Shown here: positions 24,946-38,800 of the stretch, piece by piece | How the letters are laid out: each line of letters starts with the position of its first letter | How positions within the stretch are numbered: the stretch's first letter is position 1 | Assembly: GCA_032718475.1 (NCBI GenBank) | Contig: JAUCBJ010003773.1 | Coordinates: 62,001 to 126,000 of the forward strand | DNA from: Nemertoderma westbladi | Taxonomy: Eukaryota > Animalia > Xenacoelomorpha | DNA length: 64,000 nucleotides | Reading direction: 5' to 3' | The notes under the pieces: model-generated | Seen by the model: only the letters and a program-made list of their open reading frames with translations | Database searches by the model: none | What the model was told of the DNA's origin: nothing | Program-made: the position numbers and the translations under genes

Positions 24946-25789
24946 GACAGACTATTATAAGTACCAGAATAGACTCCATGGAAGCATGGTTCCGTCCTGG
25001 TTCCGTCCGTGCTTCTACACTACACAACCGCCACAAATTGGTTGGCCATTTCGTAATCAGTCATGTAAATTCCTAATTTATCTACATTATAAAGAGTACC
25101 GGTGGTAGGGACTTTCAGCAGACGTGTTAGGAATGCCTGATAGCAAACCTCCATGTTTCCTCAACATGGTAATATAGTGTCCAGCAAGATCAAGCAGTAG
25201 TAACGTGCACGAAGTATGCTGATAGAGCATTCCTCCGCCCAAGTACCATGCGAATTACAGGAACGTCATTATGTGTAGTAGGCCCTATAGTTATAGAGTT
25301 TATGGGCAGTGTATTGACATTAAATATGATGGAGGATTAGAATAGAATATAGTAAAGTTCTTCGATGAGAAAAAAAGTAGGAATGTCCGAAAGAAGCACT
25401 TTTTTCATTAATTATAATTGAACCGAAATTCAATTATTCTGCCCGTGTGTGTTGAGTTTGCACGAGTTTGCAGGTTTTTTCTAAAATGCAATCGAGTGCA
25501 AAACTCAATACCGGAGGCCAGAATATCTGAATTTCGGTTAACTGAAATTAGTGACAAGGAGTTCTTTCCGACACGTCTTTTTTTGTGGAGACACCTTAAT
25601 CTGAAAAATTATACGATTTACTGGTATAGTTGATTGATGCTTAATTTTAACTGCAGTACCAGAAAAGGAAACAGATGTGGGGCGAGCGACGAAAGTAAGC
25701 GAGCTTAGCATACAGGTACCACTAACTCAATAGGTGTGTCTGTGGGGCGAGCCACGAAGTGAGTGAGCCTTGGGGTACCATTAATCAAC

Positions 25790-26030
25790 CTGTCGTTCTG
25801 TCGCTTTTTTTGCAGTATTCAATTTTGAACGTTAATAACTCTATCAATCCTCGATGAAATGTAACCAAACTTGGTACACAAATAGTCTGTCAAAAGTTTA
25901 GAAATTTTCCAAGTTGAATTTGCTTGGGGCCTTCGTGCAGCACCAGTGTAACTGTCTTACAGTTATAATACATTTATTTATCCAAAATTATAACGCTTGA
26001 CATCAGCAGGTTGCTAGGAGACTAAATCAG
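25790..26030. repeat. Dispersed non-autonomous repeat (second copy 27880-28110)
   Basis: CTGTCGTTCTGTC...AACCAAACTTGGTACAC...AAGTTGAATTTGC...GGTTGCTAGGAGACTA is shared by both copies. Confidence 0.75.
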
Positions 26031-27089
26031 CTGGGTTTCTGGCAAATTACGAAATTACAGTAATGCCATTGTGGCCCGTCTGCCTGTCTGCCTGTACCGG
26101 TACTATACTCAATGTCAATCCCTGAATCAGGAATCCTGTAATCAGACAATACAGCAATACTGCAATATCATACAGCCATACTGTATTCGGTGTTTTACGG
26201 TACTGGCTGTCTGGTACCACGGTACCGGTTCAGTCATTATAGATCACGTATACTTGTACTACAGGACAGGCCTAATTCTGTAGGCCCTGATTAGCCATGC
26301 AGTGCTGCAGTGCAGACTCCGGACTGTTGGACTGCAGTCCTGAATTAGATTAGAGGGTCCGTTGGCGCCGTCCGCCGTACCGCCCTACTACCTGACTACT
26401 GTCAGACTGTAGAAGTATAACCGGAATGGTAGCAACTGCTGAACTGCCAACTACAGAACTACCAGTACGGTACTGAACTACGACACCACTATACCGCATT
26501 TCTACTCTCATGTCAGCGACAAAAGAAAATGAATTTCTTCGTTTATGGTTTCTGCTCTTGTTAACGGTTAAATATGTTAATTAAAGACTATGTATTGGTA
26601 CGACCAACGGCGCCGGCAACTGGCTGACTGGTATAATCAGATGTAGATGTACATACAGACATATCAATCTGCCAATACAACAATAGCAATAGGCTTACCC
26701 CTACCAACCATCCATCGACTCGGCAACTGCAACAATGGAAGTTATGCGGACTAACCAGCTGACCGGCATTCTAAGTTCAGGTAGGCCTACCCACTACCAG
26801 AGTCTACCCAGCTGCCCAGAAAAGTGTTGGAATTGAAATCAAACAACTCACCACCAAGGCCGCGTCTGTCTGTTGACCTCGACTTTCGGTATCGCTGCCG
26901 CTACGGGCAAACTGGACTAACCGTAACCGAGGATGAAATAATCCGGTTTTTTAATCTCACTCTGCCATCACTCAGTGCCCGGCGGTGTTAAAATTGGCAT
27001 GCATTGTACAAGCAGTAGGCCTATTGCTCCGAGTTTCCGGCTGGTCAGGTGCAACTTCTGCATCTGCATTGCCACACTATAACTCGGGC

Positions 27090-27600
27090 TCATGAGGACG
27101 AGTGCTGCGTAGACTATATTCCTATAAACCAAAACCATACCTGGCTTCGCCTATTGAACGCATTATAAAGATCGTCAGTCTTTGTTTAAGAAATATATTT
27201 AAATACAAAACAGGACGATCACAACGAGGCTTATAATGAAGATGAGTACTGCGTTGACTATCATTTTATATAAACCACCTGGCTTCACATATTGAACGCA
27301 TCCCTAGTTATTATTATTATAAAGATCGTCAGCCTGCATTTAAGAAATATTTTAAATACAAAACAGGACGAGCACAACGAGGCTTATAATGAAGACGAGT
27401 ACTGCGTTGACTATTATTATTATATAAACCACCTGGCTTCACATATTGAACGCATCCCTAGTTATTATTATTATAAAGATCGTCAGCCTGCGTTTAAGAA
27501 ATATATTTAAATACAAAACAGGACGAACGCAACGAGGCTTATAATGAAGACGAGTACTGCGTTTATTATATTCCTATAAACCACCTGGCTTTGCATATTG
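27090..27600. repeat. ~150-bp tandem repeat, 3-4 units
   Basis: ATAAACCACCTGGCTTCACATATTGAACG...AAAACAGGACGA..CAACGAGGCTTATAATGAAGA starts at ~27124, 27270, 27424 and 27576. Confidence 0.85.
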
Positions 27601-28751
27601 AACGTGCGATTGGAAATAAGTTCGTGCTACCCTTCCGTGGGTGGTAGATGTCGCGGTTATGTATTGGTGGGTGGGAAGGGTGGGGGGGGGGGGGGGATTA
27701 AAAGGGGTGAACATGTACTGTCCCCCTTTCTTTAATTGATTGGTGGTGTGGGTAAATTTCTCAAATACTGATTTTGTGATACAGTCGCTAAATTTTAATT
27801 TGTATCTCATAACTGGGCCTCGTGCTGCGCGAAGGCCCCTCGAAAGTGTTGCTCTGTTGATCTGTTGTTCTGTCGATCTGTTATTCTGTCGTTCTGTCGT
27901 GTCCAATTTTAAACGTTACTAACTCAGCCAAATGTTAATGAAATTTAACCAAACTTGGTACACATGTAGTCTGGCCAAAGTTTAGAAATTTTCCAAGTTG
28001 AATTTGCGTGGGGTCTTCGTGCAGCATCTGTGTAACTGTCTTACAGTTATAATAAATTAATCTACCCAAAAATTATTAGGCTTGGCATCAGCTGGTTGCT
28101 AGGAGACTACAGGATTACAGTACGGTACCGGTACTGTTATCTGTTACAGTGGTACAGAGTTACTGGTACCGTCTTCAGGTCGTTGGTCGTTGGCAAGGCC
28201 ATCTAAACAACTTCTTCATCTAAACAGCTTCCGACAGTCCGATGTATCTGGACCCGAGCAGCCGAGTGGCATCAAGATGCGATTAACTGAGGAATAAATA
28301 CTACGGAATTGCTTGCTTGTCAGTAAGATTCTATTTACTACACTGGGAATACGGCGGTCGGTCGGATCGTAATGCGGGCCACTGCCAAGTTCCTCATGCC
28401 TCACTCAGGCCACCCACCTTGGAGTGCGGTGGGAAGAGTCCGACTTACGTCGACGACTGGACGAATCGACGAGGATTGCGATTTGGGTTTAGCGGCGGCC
28501 CGGACAGCCGGATCCTGGGATCGCCTGGGGGAAATTGTTGAAAGTCGGGCAGACGTGTATCGTACCGGATTACGTTCTCTGCCATGCGAAAGTGTGAGGC
28601 GAATTCGTTGTCGAATTGGGTCGGAAGCTGCGGGAATTCTACTGTTCTACGGGAATAAACCGCAGCTATCCGGTGACTACGGACGGATACTGGGATGAGC
28701 AGGTATTTCGATCAAGTTTCTCGTATTCTCGATTTTCTCGAATTCTCGATA

Positions 28752-29030
28752 TTCCCTATAAACCACATGGCTTCGCATATTGAACGTGTGATTGGAAATA
28801 AGTTTGTGCTACCCTTCCGCCCCTTGGGTGGTAGATGTATTGGTTGGTAGGAAGGGGGGGGGGGGGGGGGGGGGGGTGCAGATTAAAAGGGCTGAACACG
28901 TACTGTCCCCCTTTCTTTGATTGATTGTCGGTATGGTTAAATTTCTCAAATACTGATTTTGTGATACAGTCGCTCAGTTTTAATTTGTATCTCATAACTG
29001 GGCCTCGTCCTGCGCGAATGCCCCACGAAC
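28752..29030. repeat. ~275-bp direct repeat of 27570-27843
   Basis: ATTCCCTATAAACCAC...poly-G...CTCATAACTGGGCCTCGT is present in both copies. Confidence 0.85.
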
Positions 29031-29419
29031 GTGTAATAATTGTCAATACGACGGTATTTTTATGAATTGTCATTAAAAAGTGTATATAAATTTTCACATG
29101 ATGAATAATTCTTACGAATTATATAATTCAAACCGTGTAGGCAAATTCTTATAAATAATTAATGATGAATTGTCAAATTTTTTCTATTAACAGAAAAACA
29201 CAATAATAAATCATTTTCATTAGGTTCCACAGGTGTGCAATGTGGTATTCAGACTATCTTAATACAAAAATCCATATCTATGATTCTATCAGCTTTTATT
29301 GAAATATTTAAGGATTCGAATTTACGAAAATTATCTGCTTCAAACTCGGTTGCAAGTTCGAGTTCTTCACGAACTCGCCCCAGCCCTGAAATTAGGGGAG
29401 TGGGGGGATACATGAATTA

Positions 29420-29942
29420 ACTACTACTAGGATCGGCATGCTGCATTGCAGCTGCATTTTGAAGAATGCTGTGCCGGCTTATCGACAAAATTGCACCGCC
29501 ACAACTCCCTATCACCCATGACATTTGCTAGATCATCCGCATCTTCAAGGCCAGTGTCCTTTAAGATGCGTCTCAAGAAAGTCATGGGCTGTCCACCATG
29601 CTTATTCACTCCATGAGGCTGCCAAAGTACAAGATTATGCACTGGCTGGTCCTCACGGCGAAAGCAATGTCCTGCAAAGCGGAGGCGATTTTGTTCTAGT
29701 GTCAAGCTTGGGGGAACCAATGAGACACCTCCAATGTTCTATAGTGTCTGGTTGGAGATGTGTGCATTGTACTTGACACAATGAACCCGGTGTAGCATTT
29801 TTGTAAATGTGCCATCCAGAGATTTGGTGTCCTCAGCAGTTAGAGCCCAGCATGGACTCCCATAGAGGAGTACTGGAACTACTGCTGCTCTAAATAATCG
29901 GACCTTAAGTTTCCGATTAATTCTCGTTGACTTCCAAATCCT
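29420..29942 (-). mobile_element. RTE-type LINE, 5'-truncated 3' end
   Basis: IWKSTRINRKLKVRLFRAAVVPVLLYG; RLRFAGHCFRRED; DRELWR; (TAG)n tail. Confidence 0.85.
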
Positions 29943-30029
29943 AACCAAACCAAAGGAAATTCCAAACCAAATTTTGAAATATGTCAATTTTGTAAATTGA
30001 TTATTTGAAACTGTTTTTTTTTACACAAA

Positions 30030-30700
30030 AGGGGTTTTTTGGGGTTCGGGTTTCGATGGAATATATACGAGTTGCACGAGTTATACGAGTGCAAAATTTG
30101 GTGCCTGCACGAAATTTTGAAATTCCTTTCAATAGTTTATTTGCTTGTGACCACTTATTTCCCCCTTTTTAAAGGTTTATGGCGGTTCTGAATTCAATGG
30201 AATAAATGAATATTTAACTAGACATCTCAATCTTGTATTTTTCGGAAGTGGGTGCAAAATTTGGTGCTAGCACCAAATTTTTAAAACCATCAAATATATC
30301 AATTGTTTGTGTCGCCTTGTTTCTTGCGTTATACGGGTTTGTGAGGGTTCTGAATTCAATGGAATAAGAAAAAATTGCATAAGAGTTTACAAACTTGTAT
30401 TTTTCTCCGGTGGGTGAAAATTGCCGTGCCAGCACCAAATTTTTTAAAACAAGCAAATTGATCAATAGATAAGTATCATCTTGTTTCTTACGTTATACGG
30501 GCTTATGATGGTTCTGAATCCGATGGAATCAATAAAAACCACACTGGCCATCTCAAACTTGTACTTTTTGGTGATCGGTACGAAATTTGGTGCTATAGCA
30601 GCAAAATTTGCTATATTACGGCGAAAAATACGTGTAGCAATGATCTGGCAAATTAGAAATGTATTCCATTAGAATCAGCGCCCCAGAAAACCTGAAAATG
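30030..30700. repeat. ~170-bp degenerate tandem units, each with a palindromic core
   Basis: Four units around AAATTTGGTGC.AGCAC.AAATTT; perfect 26-bp palindrome at 30256-30281. Confidence 0.65.
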
Positions 30701-31039
30701 TGAATTTATAGCATTCAGTGAATTAAAAATTTTGTTTGTTTGATTTTTGCTATTATCTCCAGAGTACACAGTAATCTCCACGCTCGCTCCTCTCCTCCCT
30801 TTGTAATTAGTAAAATATTTTTCCACAGTTTTGTTTTTCCCTCACTACCTTACATATATTTTATATGTCGTCCTATTGTTATATCGGAAGCAGCAATGAA
30901 TAACAGTAGGAATAATAGTGGGCTGCATCATTATTTGAGTATCAAAATATTACTATTTATTACAATAGCTAATTATGATTATGGAAAAATAGGTTGTCAA
31001 ATGACAATATAGAACCTATACGAATTTTAGTTTGTATTT

Positions 31040-32363
31040 GGTGAATATCCTACCAATATCCCTATACTGATTGCAAGTTCAGTATAGTTGTGAGGTAGAG
31101 TCACTAAATGTGTATTAAACTGACGGCAGATTGATGTATATGTAATATTTCTAATTACCATAATTATGATATTACTTCTGGAGACAATATGTACGGTGAG
31201 TTTTTGTCGCGGTTGCAATGTGGCTATTAGAATTCTCTATTATTCGGTAGGCCTACTTGATTTCAGTTAAATGTTTGTGTAGTTTGTTTACGAAGTCCGA
31301 ATTAAGTGTCTTATCTGTTGGTGTTACTACACTACTGGCTGGGAGGAGAGCTTTTGAGCAAGTAACAAGTTCGAAAGGTGAGACTCCTGTTACATGGGAC
31401 TCTGTGATATGGGGACTGATTAGAAAAATGGGTAGGGCGTCACACCAGTCTTCCTTTGAGTGAAGATGTCATTGTTCTGTGAAATCTTTCTATCTTACCA
31501 TTGGATTGTGGATGGTATGAAGTAGTCCTCATACGCTGAAAACCAATTAGTTTGGAAATATTAGACATGAGTTCAGACTCGAACTGTTTACCTCTGTCAG
31601 TTGTTGTTAGCTAGAGAGGTGTACCAAATCGTGAGAACCAACACTGGATAAATGCTGCAGCTGTGGATTCAGCAGCTATTGAAGTAACTGGACTTGCCTC
31701 AGCCCATCCTGTATTGCGGTCTATAAAGGTCACAATGTATCGATATGATTCGTCGCCAGTACATGTTGGTAGGAGTCCAACAATATCGGATTGAATGTGG
31801 GTAAATCTCTGAGTTAGTGGGAATGGTTTAAGAGGAGCCTTCACATGTTGAGTGATTTTATTTTGTTGGCATGTTAGGCAGGCTCTACACCATTCAGTGA
31901 TATCTCTCTTGGCATGCTTCAAAATGTATCGTTTGGTTATTATTCGAATAGTTGACTTTACTCCTGGGTGAGCCATACCATGCAGCTCATTAAATATTGG
32001 TTTTCGCTGTTTTTGTGGTAGAATTGGTCGTGGAGTAGTTACGTCACAAGTTAGGTCAAGGCCAGAGGTCATGGGAAATGTTTTTATCTGGAATGAGGTA
32101 GCTTCAACTAGAGGATCTGTCTGCTCAGCTTGAGCGACTGCAATCTCATCTAAACCAAAAATATCCACATGGGTTGACAAGACTTGCCGGGATAGAGTGT
32201 CAGCAATAATGTTGGATTTCCCAGGAATGTATAAGACACAATCGATAAATTCTGAGAGGAATGAAAGTTGTCGCTGTTGTCGTGGTGAAACAGTGGTTTG
32301 TTTGTAAAATGCTGAAACGAGGGTTTCATGGTCGGTATATAATGTCACATGTTTTCCTTCCAA
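31040..32363 (-). mobile_element. Ty3/Gypsy pol fragment (RNase H end plus integrase)
   Basis: YTDHETL, YIPGKSNIIADTLSR, HGMAHPG...CLTC (HHCC), DIVGLLP, FIDRNTGW, TDRGKQFES, frameshifted TTSYHPQSNGKIERFHR. Confidence 0.9.
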
Positions 32364-32476
32364 GGCGTTCTGGGGATGTTTGGTTGCTTCATAAGCTGAA
32401 AGAAGCTCTCACAAATGCTGTCACATTGCACTATCCTTCTCTGGATGATTGTAACCTTTCCCTATCGCTCACATCA

Positions 32477-33313
32477 TACTACTAGGATCGGCATGCTGCA
32501 TTGCAGCTGCATTTTTAAGAATGCTGTGCCGGCTTATCGACGAAATTGCACCGCCACAACTCCCTATCACCCATGACATTTGCTAGATCATCCGCATCTT
32601 CAAGTGTCCTTTAAGATGCGTCTCAAGAAAGTCATGCGCTGTCCACCATGCTTATTCACTCCATGAGGCTGCCAAAGTTCAAGATTATGCACTGGCTGGT
32701 CCTCACGGCGGAAGCAATGTCCTGCAAAGCGGAGGCGATTTTGTTCTAGTGTCAAGCTTGGGGGAACCAATGAGACACCTCCAATGTTATATAGTGTCTG
32801 GTTGGAGATGTGTGCATTGTACTTGACACAATGAACCCGGCGTAGCATTCTTATGAATGTGCCATCCAGAGATTTGGTGTCCTCAGCAGTTAGAGCCCAG
32901 CATGGACTCCCATAGAGGAGTACATGGACCTTAATAATCGGACCTTAAGTTTCCGATTAATTCTCGGTGACTTCCAAATCCTGGAAAGCCTATTCAAGGC
33001 TGCCCATGCCTTTCCCTTACGTATTCGAAGGTCCTCACCTGACTTCCGGATCCATCATCCCAGGTAACAGAAGTCATCCACATGCTCAAGCATACCATCT
33101 TTTGAGCTTATGCTCATCCGATCAGAGACTTGCTGAGGACTTTCAAAGTTAACTGTCAAAATTTTGGTCATTCTGGAGTTAATAAAAAGACCAACACTAG
33201 AAGCAGCATGTTCTAATGAGCTGGGGAGCCGTTGGGCTCCCTCTAGTGATTCTGAGAGTACTCCTAAGTCATCAGCAAAGTCTAGATCAGTTAGGTAGTT
33301 GGCAGGATTTTCT
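32477..33313 (-). mobile_element. RTE-type LINE 3' part, nearly identical to 29420-29942
   Basis: DLDFADDL near 33265-33290; shared 3' end with (TAG)n tail. Confidence 0.88.
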
Positions 33314-34079
33314 CGACTAATCGCTCACATCATCGGATGCATCGGAAGTCGCAAATGGCGCCGCCCTACATGAGGTGGCCGGTGGCTTCTAAGTTAGAGT
33401 CTATTAGGGATTTATGTGATGATATATTAAATGTCAGTTCGAATTATTCTAGTTCATACAGGCATGCACAACTCTGTTGCTCGCACTACAAATGCCTTAG
33501 AAATACAAGAAAGTAAAGCCACAGTCCGGATTTGTGATTAGTCAAAGAGTATTATTATATTGTACTATATTGTACTATTATATTATATTATTATACAAAT
33601 AATATTGCAAAAAAGATTTAATCCACATAATAATTTTGTGGTTTGACATCTTTTGACATCTTTTTGTAAGTATGACACCTTTTGAAAATTTAATTTTGCC
33701 AAATATTAAGTTTTCCAAAAGTGTTAAGCCACATTTTGATCAATATTTCGGAGAAAATGCTAATGCTATATTCTAGCACACTAACTTGAAAAATACTTTA
33801 ATTTCCATAAATGTTTTCTTATAAAAACACAACAGTATCTGGATAATACAACAACGATCGCACAGGATGTTAAAAACTTTGACATCGATTATCTCAAATT
33901 GAACTTTTGTGGCTTATCACCCTTTTGCATAACACCGTCCATATTATCTTTAATATTATATTGCTATCTAAGAAGTATTATATTGTAATCGCTATTATAT
34001 TGAGTAATATTGTATATTTTTGTGAGTGAGAAATTTCCTTATCAGAATCCCCCCACTATGAGAACCAAAATAAGAACAT

Positions 34080-34530
34080 TGGTGATTTCGTTTACTAATT
34101 AACTGCTCTGGGGGCAGCAAATGTGTTAATATTTCACAATACGCGAGTGTTAATAATCGACGTTGAGACCTTTAACAGGACGCATATAATAGCAATACCC
34201 CTATTGTTGCCTGGATTGTGGATGGACCTATTTACCTTATATAAAAACTTTAAAATACTGGTCGTCCACACGCGGGGAATTTCACCAATATCCAGGCAAG
34301 TATTAATAATAAAGTTATGATAGTGATCATAAACAACTGACTCGTCTGCTTGATTGCTCATAGTAGAGTCCATCAAAACCACAAGCATTGTCTCTCTTTG
34401 CACCTCATCGTCTTCAAAGTGACTATTGAACCATTTATCTGTGTTTATGGTTGTCTTAGCGTCTTCCGGATCTGGTGGAGTTAATATGCTCGAATCTTAT
34501 TGCCCTATCAAATTTTCAAAATGTTTTTTC
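34080..34530 (-). mobile_element. Degenerate non-LTR (APE-type LINE) RT N-terminal fragment
   Basis: GEIPRVWTTSILKFLYK...NPGNNRGIAIICVLLKVSTSIINTR resembles the W..a.i..l.K.g....p.NYRgI motif. Confidence 0.65.
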
Positions 34531-35890
34531 CTGCTTCTCTGTCTCAATTGGAAATATGGTTGGCGCATTAATTAACAAATTGGATTAAATTTGAAAACAA
34601 GTCCAGTTCAAGTTCACTGTTAGACTTTTACTATTGTAGTGTTGAGTGTACACCGCCGCTCTGTAACCAGTTCTATTTTGACTTTAGTTTATTGTTTTAG
34701 TTGTAATTATGTGCTACTGTAAAATGCTCCTATCACTTAATTGATTATTTAAAATTTGAGACGCTATATTTATTCGCCGAGGTGGGATTTCATCATGCCC
34801 CCCCCCCCCCCCCCCCTTCTGTCATATGACCAGTAACCTGAGGTCAAGAGGTCAACCCGTCCCATAATAACTATTTTAAATATTATTCACATTTTATTTC
34901 GACTAAACACTTCACATTTTATTTCGACTAAACACTCTCTTATCAACTCAGACACCTATATTTCTCAACAGACAAGATTTTCGTCGTTAACGACTTGTTA
35001 AAGTAAAGGAGTTTTCATAAGCCCAACAACTATCTTGTATATTATAATGTTACCAATTAATTTCTCCCTCTAGGGGCTAACTAAAACTCTAAGAAATCTA
35101 AGCTAGTTGCTGGCCGTCTTCGGATGGGCAGTGAAAAAGGCGGATATGGGATGAAAGGTATGATGATATAGGATGGACAGGACAGTCACTGCCCATCCTA
35201 TATCATCATTCAGTATTATGTCTTGAGTATGATAATGTCTTGTCGCGCCCTGAAGACGGATTGTATATATTTATTGTTAAATAATTTCAACCTATATTTC
35301 TGACGCCCTAAAATCATTCCCTTAACTTCTTTCGAAGTCAAACGTAGACAAAATTCTCCCACCAAAATAATAAAAACTACAGACGCAATTTATTAATTAC
35401 AACAGAAAGCAATTAGGAACTGTCTTAAAAATCTGAATTCTGCCTGTCTTATTTTCCTCGGTGCTGTACTACACCCCTAATTATAAAACCCTGTTGAGAA
35501 AACTTGAATCATATGGACCCAAGGATATCCCGTATATTCCATAACCGTGAACTATTTGAATCGTCGGACTAATGTAGTTACAACATCCTGTCATTTCAAA
35601 TCCTTTAATCTTCTTTGGCTTATTCCACAAGCATCAATGATTATTTAATAAACAACCCCATGTAATAATAGTTTTCGCAAATTTTTTAGAAACTGTAAAT
35701 GTGAGAAAAAAATTCAAACAATGATGAATATTTTTTCTTGAATGAATATTTTTTCTTTATTTCTTTATTTTATGTTTATTCCAGGTCTATAGTTTCTTAT
35801 GTAGGATATTTAGGATATTTATTTATTATATATATTTATATGTAGGATATTATGTATTCCAAAAAAACAAAGTGATCAATAGAGAAGGAA

Positions 35891-38800
35891 TTCGTGGAGA
35901 GGGCTAGGTTCCTGGGACGGTGTCTGGCTCCGAAGACTGGTTCGTGGAGAGGGCTAGGTTCCTGGGACGGTGTCTGACTCCCAAGACTGGTTCGTGGAGA
36001 GGGCTAGGTTCCTGGGACGGTGTCTGGCTCCCAAGACTGGTTCGTGGAGAGGGCTAGGTTCCTGGGACGGTGTCTGACTCCCAAGACTGGTTCGTGGAGA
36101 GGGCTAGGTTCCTGGGACGGTGTCTGACTCCCAAGACTGGTTCGTGGAGAGGGCTAGGTTCCTGGGACGGTGTCTGGCTCCGAAGACTGGTTCGTGGAGA
36201 GGGCTAGGTTCCTGGGACGGTGTCTGACTCCCAAGACTGGTTCGTGGAGAGGGCTATGTTCCTGGGACGGTGTCTGGCTCCCAAGACTGGTTCGTGGAGA
36301 GGGCTAGGTTCCTGGGACGGTGTCTGACTCCCAAGACTGGTTCGTGGAGAGGGCTAGGTTCCTGGGACGGTGTCTGACTCCCAAGACTGGTTCGTGGAGA
36401 GGGCTAGGTTCCTGGGACGGTGTCTGACTCCCAAGACTGGTTCGTGGAGAGGGCTAGGTTCCTGGGACGGTGTCTGACTCCCAAGACTGGTTCGTGGAGA
36501 GGGCTAGGTTCCTGGGACGGTGTCTGACTCCCAAGACTGGTTCGTGGAGAGGGCTAGGTTCCTGGGACGGTGTCTGGCTCCCAAGACTGGTTCGTGGAGA
36601 GGGCTAGGTTCCTGGGACGGTGTCTGACTCCCAAGACTGGTTCGTGGAGAGGGCTAGGTTCCTGGGACGGTGTCTGACTCCCAAGACTGGTTCGTGGAGA
36701 GGGCTAGGTTCCTGGGACGGTGTCTGGCTCCCAAGACTGGTTCGTGGAGAGGGCTAGGTTCCTGGGACGGTGTCTGACTCCCAAGACTGGTTCGTGGAGA
36801 GGGCTAGGTTCCTGGGACGGTGTCTGACTCCCAAGACTGGTTCGTGGAGAGGGCTAGGTTCCTGGGACGGTGTCTGGCTTCCAAGACTGGTTGGTGGAGA
36901 GGGCTAGGTTCCTGGGACGGTGTCTGGCTCCCAAGACTGGTTCGTGGAGAGGGCTAGGTTCCTGGGACGGTGTCTGGCTCCCAAGACTGGTTCGTGGAGA
37001 GGGCTAGGTTCCTGGGACGGTGTCTGGCTCCCAAGACTGGTTCGTGGAGAGGGCTAGGTTCCTGGGACGGTGTCTGACTCCCAAGACTGGTTCGTGGAGA
37101 GGGCTAGGTTCCTGGGACGGTGTCTGGCTCCCAAGACTGGTTCGTGGAGAGGGCTAGGTTCCTGGGACGGTGTCTGACTCCCAAGACTGGTTCGTGGAGA
37201 GGGCTAGGTTCCTGGGACGGTGTCTGGCTCCCAAGACTGGTTCGTGGAGAGGGCTAGGTTCCTGGGACGGTGTCTGACTCCCAAGACTGGTTCGTGGAGA
37301 GGGCTAGGTTCTTGGGACGGTGTTTGGCTCCCAAGACTGGTTCGTGGAGAGGGCTAGGTTCCTGGGACGGTGTCTGGCTCCCAAGACTGGTTCGTGGAGA
37401 GGGCTAGGTTCCTGGGACGGTGTCTGGCTCCCAAGACTGGTTCGTGGAGAGGGCTAGGTTCCTGGGACGGTGTCTGACTCCCAAGACTGGTTCGTGGAGA
37501 GGGCTAGGTTCCTGGGACGGTGTCTGGCTCCCAAGACTGGTTCGTGGAGAGGGCTAGGTTCCTGGGACGGTGTCTGGCTCCCAAGACTGGTTCGTGGAGA
37601 GGGCTAGGTTCCTGGGACGGTGTCTGACTCCCAAGACTGGTTCGTGGAGAGGGCTAGGTTCCTGGGACGGTGTCTGGCTCCCAAGACTGGTTCGTGGAGA
37701 GGGCTAGGTTCCTGGGACGGTGTCTGACTCCCAAGACTGGTTCGTGGAGAGGGCTAGGTTCCTGGGACGGTGTCTGGCTCCCAAGACTGGTTCGTGGAGA
37801 GGGCTAAGTTCATGGGACGGTGTCTGGCTCCCAGGAATGGTTTGTGGAGAAGGCTAGGTTCCTGGGACGGTGTCTGGCTCCCAAGACTGGTTCGTGGAGA
37901 GGGCTAGGTTCCTGGGACGGTGTCTGGCTCCCAAGACTGGTTCGTGGAGAGGGCTAAGTTCATGGGACGGTGTCTGGCTCCCAGGAATGGTTTGTGGAGA
38001 AGGCTAGGTTCCTGGGACGGTGTCTGGCTCCCAAGACTGGTTCGTGGAGAGGGCTAGGTTCCTGGGACGGTGTCTGGCTCCCAAGACTGGTTCGTGGAGA
38101 GGGCTAGGTTCCTGGGACGGTGTCTGACTCCCAAGACTGGTTCGTGGAGAGGGCTAGGTTCCTGGGACGGTGTTTGGCTCCCAGGAATGGTTCGTGGAGA
38201 GGGCTAGGTTCCTGGGACGGTGTTTGGCTCCCAGGAATGGTTCGTGGAGAGGGCTAGGTTCCTGGGACGGTGTCTGGCTCCCAAGACTGGTTCGTGGAGA
38301 GGGCTAGGTTCCTGGGACGGTGTTTGGCTCCCAAGACTGGTTCGTGGAGAGGGCTAGGTTCCTGGGACGGTGTTTGGCTCCCAGGAATGGTTCGTGGAGA
38401 GGGCTAGGTTCCTGGGACGGTGTCTGGCTCCCAAGACTGGTTCGTGGAGAGGGCTAGGTTCCTGGGACGGTGTCTGGCTCCCAGGAATGGTTCGTGGAGA
38501 GGGCTAGGTTCCTGGGACGGTGTCTGGCTCCCAGGAATGGTTCGTGGAGAGGGCTAGGTTCCTGGGACGGTGTCTGGCTCCCAAGACTGGTTCGTGGAGA
38601 GGGCTAGGTTCCTGGGACGGTGTTTGGCTCCCAAGACTGGTTCGTGGAGAGGGCTAGGTTCCTGGGACGGTGTCTGGCTCCCAAGACTGGTTCGTGGAGA
38701 GGGCTAGGTTCCTGGGACGGTGTCTGGCTCCCAGGAATGGTTCGTGGAGAGGGCTAGGTTCCTGGGACGGTGTCTGGTTCCCAGGAATGGTTCGTGGAGA

